Positions 58,159 through 64,000 of a stretch of DNA of 64,000 nucleotides are shown in pieces. Location of the stretch: the NCBI GenBank assembly GCA_963837815.1, contig CAWIOS010000012.1:783005-847004 (forward strand). The letters run 5' to 3'. The notes under the pieces were generated by a model. It did no database searches. It was not told where the DNA came from and was given only the letters and a program-made list of their open reading frames with translations. A program made the translations under genes and the position numbers. The stretch comes from Ignavibacteriota bacterium (GTDB lineage Bacteria; Bacteroidota; Ignavibacteria; UBA10030; UBA6906). Numbering within the stretch: position 1 is the first letter of the stretch; every line of letters begins with the position of its first letter.

Positions 58159-60264
58159 TTAGCGAATGACGGCAAGTTTCTTTATCGCCCGCTCGCCGGT
58201 CTTCATGTTCTCAAACACCACGATATAGACGCCGCTCACAACGACCTGCCCTGACGAGGTGTTGGAATTCCAGTACTCGTCGCCGCTCCCGTTTGTGTGG
58301 AGGATCTCCTTGATCAGCTCTCCCACCTCGGTGTAGATCCGGATCCTGCACTGCCCCGGAATGTTGAAAAACGCGATCCTGTCACCAACCGTCGCCCCGA
58401 ACCGGAGGGTCGCAATGTCGGAAGCGATGCTGAAGGGATTCGGAACAATGCGGATGCTTGAAAGCGGAGTCTCCACGGACGCCCTGAGGAGATTCACCTT
58501 GTCATACGTCTGCGCCATAAGCCTGTTGCTCGTGAGGAGGGCTCCGGCGGGGGTCGAACCGGTGGGGTCGCTTGTGACAGCGGAGCCAACGCTCAACAGG
58601 TAGTAATAGTAATCGAACCCCCTGGAGAGTGCCGTGTCTTTGTAGCTCCTTTCCGCGGCACCCACGGTTGCGACGAGTGAATATGTGCCGTCAGAGCGGT
58701 CACGCGCACGGTAGATCTGGAATCCTTTCAGCAGCGGATCTCCGGGGTAGACGTCCCAGCTCAGGTTCACCCCGTCCCCGGCGGACTGGGCGGTGAACGT
58801 CTTCGGGGGAAGGGGGGGCTGCGGAATATTATATCCGGAGTTGTAGTTCGCGAGCGCCCTCCGGAATGTCTGGAAAAGCGAGTCTCTCCCGGTAAGGACG
58901 GAGTCATTTTTGGCCTTCGTTCCAGCGGCAACCGTCGCGGGCACACCTGAAGACACAGCCGCCTTGAACGCGTGCCCGACAGAGAGGCATGCCGTGCGGC
59001 TGAGACCGGAGGCACCCTCGGCGCAGACGATATGGATGCTCTGCCCCGGTCCGAGCGTGTACGGGCCGTACCCGTCGGCGTTTGTGAATCCGCCGGTCGT
59101 ACCGAGCGACGGGTCACCGGTGGGCACGTCGAAGGCCCCGTCAGGCTGCACTTTGTCCGCGTGACGCGGCGACGCGTGGCCCGATGACATCACGGCGTAC
59201 TCTGCCGCCATATACGGGACATTGAACTGGCTGTTATTCGACGTCGGAGGATTCAGCTTTTCGTCGGAGCCGAAATATGTCGTCGTCGAAGGCTGTGACG
59301 GATCGTCCGTGGTGTCGGTCGCCGATTTGTCGGCGTGAAGCGTCTCGGTCCCGATGAACTGGGCGGCCGCCAGGCGTCCGACCGTATCGGCGGGATCATC
59401 TGCGGGAAGGGCGGGGGTGAACATCGGCGCCCCGATATTGCTGTACGCGGTAAATGTGGGAAACAATCCCTGCCAGGTGTAGCGGCAGCGGAATTGCTGT
59501 CCCGCGGGGTCGGGCTTCACGCCGTCTCCCCGCGCATCATTCATCGAGTTAATCCCCCACGACGTCGGATTGCCGATTTCCTGGCTCCCGTCGTACGTGC
59601 AGGCATACCGTGACTGTATGAATATGCGGAGGCCGTTGAGCGTCTGGCCTGCAAGCGGAGCGGCGGTCGTACCGTCGATCTGACCGGTATTCGTGAACGT
59701 GTATTCGTAAATAAAGTAGTTGTCGTTGTACGTCTGGCACCAGGCGAGGATTTTCCGCGTCATTGTGACGCCGATGGCGGTATTGTCCGTGTTGATTATC
59801 ATCCGGTCGCATTTCAATGTCGGATCGGTTGTCGAGCTCGAAAGCGGCGCTCCTCCTACCGAAACGACACCGTCTGCATACACGGTGGGGGGATCAAACC
59901 GGTTTATCGTCTTGAACGTGACAGGGAAGAACTCGCCGAGACCGTTGACGCGCGGTCCGACGTGGACCACCTTCTGCAGCCACGTCGTTCCGGTCTGGTC
60001 CGTCCAGTTCGTCACGCCGATCCAGAGGCCCGACGCCGCTTCCATGTCCTGGTATTTGTAGTACGCGGGCCACTGGAGGCCGTCCTGCTGCACGGAGACC
60101 CGTCCTTCCTCGATCTCATGACCCGTAGAGGCAAACCAGTGGTTCAGCGAACCGACCGCCATCCACCGTATCTCAACCTGCGCCCGCGCGGGCACGGCCA
60201 ATGCAAGAAGGGCCGCAAGGGAGAAGGCGACCCCGGAATGTGCATACTGACGATGACGCATCAT
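58159..60264 (-). CDS. T9SS-secreted protein of unknown function (cell-surface, adjacent to TonB-dependent receptor)
   Basis: ORF 58159..60480; start MMRHRQYAHSGVAFSLAALLALAVPARAQ at 60264 (GAGGAAA RBS). C-terminal about 95 aa (…IVPNPFSIASDIATLRF…GVYIVVFENMKTGERAIKKLAVIR) resembles a variant T9SS CTD. Confidence 0.6.
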   Translation of the reverse strand: MMRHRQYAHSGVAFSLAALLALAVPARAQVEIRWMAVGSLNHWFASTGHEIEEGRVSVQQDGLQWPAYYKYQDMEAASGLWIGVTNWTDQTGTTWLQKVVHVGPRVNGLGEFFPVTFKTINRFDPPTVYADGVVSVGGAPLSSSTTDPTLKCDRMIINTDNTAIGVTMTRKILAWCQTYNDNYFIYEYTFTNTGQIDGTTAAPLAGQTLNGLRIFIQSRYACTYDGSQEIGNPTSWGINSMNDARGDGVKPDPAGQQFRCRYTWQGLFPTFTAYSNIGAPMFTPALPADDPADTVGRLAAAQFIGTETLHADKSATDTTDDPSQPSTTTYFGSDEKLNPPTSNNSQFNVPYMAAEYAVMSSGHASPRHADKVQPDGAFDVPTGDPSLGTTGGFTNADGYGPYTLGPGQSIHIVCAEGASGLSRTACLSVGHAFKAAVSSGVPATVAAGTKAKNDSVLTGRDSLFQTFRRALANYNSGYNIPQPPLPPKTFTAQSAGDGVNLSWDVYPGDPLLKGFQIYRARDRSDGTYSLVATVGAAERSYKDTALSRGFDYYYYLLSVGSAVTSDPTGSTPAGALLTSNRLMAQTYDKVNLLRASVETPLSSIRIVPNPFSIASDIATLRFGATVGDRIAFFNIPGQCRIRIYTEVGELIKEILHTNGSGDEYWNSNTSSGQVVVSGVYIVVFENMKTGERAIKKLAVIR

Positions 60265-60295
60265 GAGTTTCCTCGTTAAGGGTTGAAACAGGCTC

Positions 60296-63200
60296 TCATA
60301 TGTCATAGGACAATCGCAGGCCGAAGAAATACTGTGCCGGGTTGAGGAACGTGAACGTGGTCTGGTTCGGCATGACGATATATGCCTTGTTGTCCAGAAC
60401 ATACTGTTTGTGCGAGGGGCTCGGGTCGTTCGGATCATACGGCTCATACGGCACCGTGCGGTAATCGCCCGGGCGGTCATTCCCCGGTATGTTGACGTAC
60501 CCGAGCTGCGTATTGTATGATGCCGGGAACGCCGGGAGATGGAGCGACTTTATGTACGCGTCGAAGTCGGTCCCCAGAACGAACCCGTCCTGCGACATGT
60601 ATTTCAGGTTGAGGACATTGTACATGTCCATATAGAGCTCGATGTTCAGCTTGGCGATCTTGATATTCTTGCTTATCCGAAGGTCGAGATCGTAATAATC
60701 GCGCCACTGGAGATTGTTCTGGACGCCGGGGATCGAAGAACCGCCGCCCCCCGCCCAGGTGAAGTAAAACCCGGACTGCCAGTTGCCGATGAGATCAAGA
60801 CGCCAGTCCCCGAGAAGGCTCACCGGACCGAGCGCGGGCCCGAGGCTCGGGGGGGTAAAGAAATAAATATTCGCACGCGCATAGGGCTGGGGAATCGGCT
60901 GGTTTATCACGGGGTTTGCCTGCTCAAATGCGGCCTGCTCGCTCGCGTTCTGATAATATGTCGAATATCCAAAGTGTCCGTTTGTGCGGACGTCGTACGT
61001 ATAGTTGATGAACCCCTGGATCCAGCTCCCCTGCTTTTTGTCCACGGTCACTTCAAAACCGCGTATATCGCGATACAGGTTCGGGGTCGTCGTGCTGTAG
61101 TTGATTGTCCCGTCGTTGGAGACGTAGGTCACCGGGTACGGCTCGTCCGTCACGTCCTTGTAATACGCGGCGACCCGGACCAGCAGCATGTCGAAGAGAT
61201 TCTGTTCGTACCCGAGCTCGTACGCAATTGTCTTCGGCGCGGCCATATTCGGGTCAGACATGCGAAGAAGCGCGTGCGTGAAGAGGTCGAAGCGGGCCAG
61301 GAACAGGTTGTCCGGCGTCGGCAGGGACCGCATGTGGCCGTAGTTGAAATAGAGTTTCGAGTCCTCACTGATCGGGAATGCGATACCCAGGCGGGGGCTG
61401 ATATCGACCTGTCTCTTGGTGCGGACCTGTGCGATGAGAGTGTCAATCCCCCCCGAATAGGCCCCGGAGAACGCGGAATTGTACGGGTCAGTGTAGTTGT
61501 ACCAGGAGCCGCTCGGGTCAAGGTAGTCGAGGCGCACGCCGAGGTTCGCGATCATACCCTCGAACTCGAGCTTGTCCTGCAGGTAGGCTGCACCGCGTTT
61601 CGGGAATGTGTGAAACTTCGACCAGTAGCGCCCACCCGCCGGAAGGAATGCATCAACGGACGCGTAGTCGATGTTGTCGTCGGTCAACACCCACTCGGCG
61701 CCCGCCTTGAACTGATTGAAGTGGTCGATCTGGCTTGTGATGTCGAATTTCGCCGTGTACGTCGTCACCTTGCTTGAATCGCGCGAGTCGCTCATCCCGA
61801 CGCCCATGCGGAGTCCGGTGATGCCCGTGCTCGGCGCCGGCTCGTATCCGAAAGGAGCCATGTCGACGAGATACCCGTTCCCGAACGACATGATCGGTGT
61901 AGTGTTGCGGAGCGCGGCAGGGTTCGTGCTGTACTTCGACTGGAACACGAAGAAGCTCGCGTCGTAAAACGTCTCCCCGCCCAGCACATGCGTCACCTTC
62001 GCGCCGCCGGATTTGTAGTCGATCGTCGTCGGCGCCCAGTAATCGGTCGAAAAAATCCGGGAGTCGATATAGCTCAGCCCGTTGGACATGGAGCTTGCGA
62101 TTTCGTCCGGATTTCCCGTAAACACACCGTTGTTCGACGCATCGCTCGTCGTCGTCGCCGCATTGCCGGTTCCGGCGTTGTTGTTGTTTGTCCCCGTCGT
62201 GCGCCCTGCCAGTCCTTCCACGAGAAGCTTGAGCGTGGGTGTGATGTCCGACGTGACACGGGCCTGGCCGTTGTAGTTCCGGTACGCGTTGTCCGACAGG
62301 GGGATGATATATGCGCTCTGTGATTGTTTATACGCGGCAAAGAACCGGAGATTTCCGAGCGCTTCCCCGCCGGGAATGGGGCCGCCGATCCCGCCGTCAA
62401 AGTCGTAATCGGGGATGTTGATTTCCGCCTGCTTCCGGTACTCCCAGAGGAAAACCTGCTGGGCCGCAGTCGGCGTGAGGTGATTGGCCGGGTTGGGGTC
62501 TTTCATCGTCGCCTGCGAGACGGCATTCCAGCCCTGGAACTGGGCGTACTGTTGCTGCATGGCCGCATTCCAGGCGCCGTTCTGCGTCCCCGTCCAGCAG
62601 ACTGACGGATCGATGTAGGGACGGATCCAGTACGAGTTCGGGTCGTAGATCGACGGGCCGAAGTGCTTCGGCCGGGGGTTGGCATAGCGGCCGTTGAAGG
62701 AGAAGCTGTAATCGGATTTGCCGCCTTCCTTCGTTATCACGTTAACGAGGCCGGAGCGGAGGTCGCCATATTCAGCGTTGAACCCGCCGGTCTGCACCTG
62801 GACGTCCTGGATGGAGCTGAGCGCGATCCCCGTGTACGGGAGGTTCGTCCGCTCATCGCGCAGCGTGAGTCCGTCCACCATAAAGGCGGTCTGATCGGGG
62901 GTGCTTCCGCGGATGACGGGACCGGTCGGCGTCGCCTGAACACCGGCCTGCAGGCCGATCGCGTTTGTCACATTCGCAACGGGAAGCCGGTCAACCTCTG
63001 CGATCTGCATGTTCGCCGTGCTCGCGGAGATATCCCTCTGAACGACGGGTCTCTGTGCGGTGATGACAATTTCCTGCCCCTGGACCGTCTCTTCGCTCAG
63101 CTTGAAGTTCAGTGTCGTCGTCTGGTCAATTTCGACGCGCACATCGATCTCCGTCACGGTCGTATAGCCGACGAGCGACGCCCTGACACGGTATGACCCC

Positions 63201-63406
63201 GGAGGGATGTTCACGATAGCGTAGAAGCCGTCGACATTCGTCGCCGCACCCGTGGTCAACCCCTCAACCACGACGTTCGCAGAGAGCAGCTTCTCGCCGC
63301 TCCTGGCGTCGGTGACGATCCCGGCAATTTTGCCTGTGGTTCCAGCGAAGAGGGAGGTGGAAATCAAGAGGGGTAAAAGGACGGGCAAGCACCTGATTGC
63401 CTTCAT
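60296..63406 (-). CDS. TonB-dependent outer-membrane receptor with N-terminal carboxypeptidase-regulatory-like (CarbopepD_reg) domain, SusC-like
   Basis: ORF 60296..63448; start MKAIRCLPVLLPLLISTSLFAGTTG at 63406. CarbopepD_reg-like KIAGIVTDARSGEKLLSANVVVEG; plug region (…GLTLRDERTNLPY…FNAEYGDLRSGLVNV); C-terminal barrel ending in LRLSYDI (aromatic C-terminal strand). Confidence 0.75.
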   Translation of the reverse strand: MKAIRCLPVLLPLLISTSLFAGTTGKIAGIVTDARSGEKLLSANVVVEGLTTGAATNVDGFYAIVNIPPGSYRVRASLVGYTTVTEIDVRVEIDQTTTLNFKLSEETVQGQEIVITAQRPVVQRDISASTANMQIAEVDRLPVANVTNAIGLQAGVQATPTGPVIRGSTPDQTAFMVDGLTLRDERTNLPYTGIALSSIQDVQVQTGGFNAEYGDLRSGLVNVITKEGGKSDYSFSFNGRYANPRPKHFGPSIYDPNSYWIRPYIDPSVCWTGTQNGAWNAAMQQQYAQFQGWNAVSQATMKDPNPANHLTPTAAQQVFLWEYRKQAEINIPDYDFDGGIGGPIPGGEALGNLRFFAAYKQSQSAYIIPLSDNAYRNYNGQARVTSDITPTLKLLVEGLAGRTTGTNNNNAGTGNAATTTSDASNNGVFTGNPDEIASSMSNGLSYIDSRIFSTDYWAPTTIDYKSGGAKVTHVLGGETFYDASFFVFQSKYSTNPAALRNTTPIMSFGNGYLVDMAPFGYEPAPSTGITGLRMGVGMSDSRDSSKVTTYTAKFDITSQIDHFNQFKAGAEWVLTDDNIDYASVDAFLPAGGRYWSKFHTFPKRGAAYLQDKLEFEGMIANLGVRLDYLDPSGSWYNYTDPYNSAFSGAYSGGIDTLIAQVRTKRQVDISPRLGIAFPISEDSKLYFNYGHMRSLPTPDNLFLARFDLFTHALLRMSDPNMAAPKTIAYELGYEQNLFDMLLVRVAAYYKDVTDEPYPVTYVSNDGTINYSTTTPNLYRDIRGFEVTVDKKQGSWIQGFINYTYDVRTNGHFGYSTYYQNASEQAAFEQANPVINQPIPQPYARANIYFFTPPSLGPALGPVSLLGDWRLDLIGNWQSGFYFTWAGGGGSSIPGVQNNLQWRDYYDLDLRISKNIKIAKLNIELYMDMYNVLNLKYMSQDGFVLGTDFDAYIKSLHLPAFPASYNTQLGYVNIPGNDRPGDYRTVPYEPYDPNDPSPSHKQYVLDNKAYIVMPNQTTFTFLNPAQYFFGLRLSYDI

Positions 63407-63593
63407 GTCAAGCTCCTGGATGATGCGTACGGGATAGCAAAAACTCATAGACAGAGGAAAGAAGAGATAAGAAGGATAGCAATAGGCGCGGCCGTCAAAG
63501 AGAGGTGAGCCATTGCGGCCAAACCAGTGTAGGGGAATGTATGAAACAGCGATTGGAGTGTCAAGTGGTGCAACTAAATATCCTTCTCCCCAA

Positions 63594-64000
63594 CTAATTC
63601 CTCTGCTCTGGAAGTCTCTGTGGAACCGACCGGGGGGAAATCCGTGAGGAGAGATTCCCTGTTATTATAGATACCGCACAGCCTATCATCGTGTGCCAGA
63701 CGAAGTCGATATTCGTGAAGGAGATAACGCCGGCCATCGCACACAGACCGGCGACGAACCCCAGGAGCGCGTCCCTCCCGTTCGTGCGTGCGAAGAAGAA
63801 GCCAAGGAGAAACGTCCCCAGAAGACCCCCGTACGTGAAGGATGCGATCTTCAGACCGATTTCCACGACGGGGTTCCTCGTGTCGGTGAAGAGCATGGCC
63901 CCGCCGATCAGAGCGATCCCCCAGAAGAGCGTCAGGAGCCGGGAAGCCCGGATCTCTCCGGGTTTATCAAGCGACCGGCCCCACGGCGTGAGCCGGAACA
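63594..64000 (-). CDS. Sodium:solute symporter-family-like membrane protein, C-terminal portion (5' end beyond window)
   Basis: Minus-strand frame is open from window edge (64000) to stop at 63594: …FRLTPWGRSLDKPGEIRASRLLTLFWGIALIGGAMLFTDTRNPVVEIGLKIASFTYGGLLGTFLLGFFFARTNGRDALLGFVAGL…; hydrophobic TM helices typical of SSF/other transporters. Confidence 0.45.
   Translation of the reverse strand, partial: FRLTPWGRSLDKPGEIRASRLLTLFWGIALIGGAMLFTDTRNPVVEIGLKIASFTYGGLLGTFLLGFFFARTNGRDALLGFVAGLCAMAGVISFTNIDFVWHTMIGCAVSIITGNLSSRISPRSVPQRLPEQRN

Noticed and set aside
1-64000. Search for CRISPR arrays, IS elements, integrases, phage genes, toxin-antitoxin or defence-system genes
   Set aside because: No transposase/integrase-like ORFs, no spaced direct-repeat arrays, and no tRNA-adjacent island boundaries were seen; the window appears to be core metabolic/cell-envelope DNA.

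Overview
High-GC (roughly two-thirds G+C by eye) bacterial chromosomal segment. Several proteins carry type-IX-secretion C-terminal sorting domains and Shine-Dalgarno-like RBSs are present, so it looks like a member of the FCB superphylum (Bacteroidota relatives such as Gemmatimonadota or candidate phyla). This assignment is an inference from sequence features only; no search was run. I found no rRNA, tRNA, CRISPR array, transposase or integrase; a systematic tRNA/ncRNA scan was not possible by eye, so this is 'none detected', not 'none present'.

Gene content, left to right:
- 1-5 kb: a chemotaxis module with a truncated cheW, then two divergent methyl-accepting chemotaxis proteins. The second has a dCache-type sensor and a tandem 21-bp (TPQAxTA) repeat.
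- 5-10.3 kb: a porin-like beta-barrel, a small Cys/Trp-rich 'two-CW'-type protein, lipoprotein MsrA-MsrB, a DinB-family protein and a GT39/ArnT-like membrane glycosyltransferase.
- 11.1-14.0 kb: a complete protein-thiocarboxylate cysteine-biosynthesis operon, cysM-mec(JAMM)-cysO-moeZ. The CysO sulfur carrier has a C-terminal GG-RSL extension.
- 14.3-22.6 kb: a DUF2064 protein, a large FAD/Fe-S 2-hydroxyacid oxidase with tatA, and a namZ(DUF1343)-DUF3160-Memo-like operon.
- 22.7-25.9 kb: an outer-membrane barrel and PBP1A.
- 26.3-63.4 kb: the dominant feature, a ~37-kb, 24-gene, single-strand (minus) array beginning with a TonB-dependent receptor. Including PBP1A, 25 consecutive minus-strand genes run from 63.4 to 23.5 kb. 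Nearly every member maps onto peptidoglycan/muropeptide breakdown. The parts are:
  - a FadL/PorV-like outer-membrane barrel and T9SS-secreted cargo (an Amidase_3 enzyme, a GHL10 glycosidase-like protein and beta-propeller proteins);
  - periplasmic AmiC-like amidase, SpoIID/LytB, a NagZ-beta-lactamase fusion, a class A beta-lactamase-like/esterase fusion, an NlpC/P60 gamma-D-Glu endopeptidase and L-Ala-D/L-Glu epimerase (a ykfB/ykfC-like pair);
  - inner-membrane AmpG and NagX/HGSNAT-like proteins;
  - cytoplasmic BadF-type GlcNAc/MurNAc kinase, a NagB-LmbE fusion, Asp/Glu-racemase family protein, GNAT, a GT2 protein and a DUF4922 HIT-like nucleotidyltransferase.

I interpret this array as a TonB/T9SS-dependent peptidoglycan utilisation locus (a PUL-like system for murein/necromass scavenging). 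That is the most interesting candidate for a previously undescribed system in this window. Other notable points: a tandem array of three 30-bp hairpin repeats inside this locus, the CysO pro-sequence, the two-CW mini-protein, and a racemase with a Ser in place of the first catalytic Cys.
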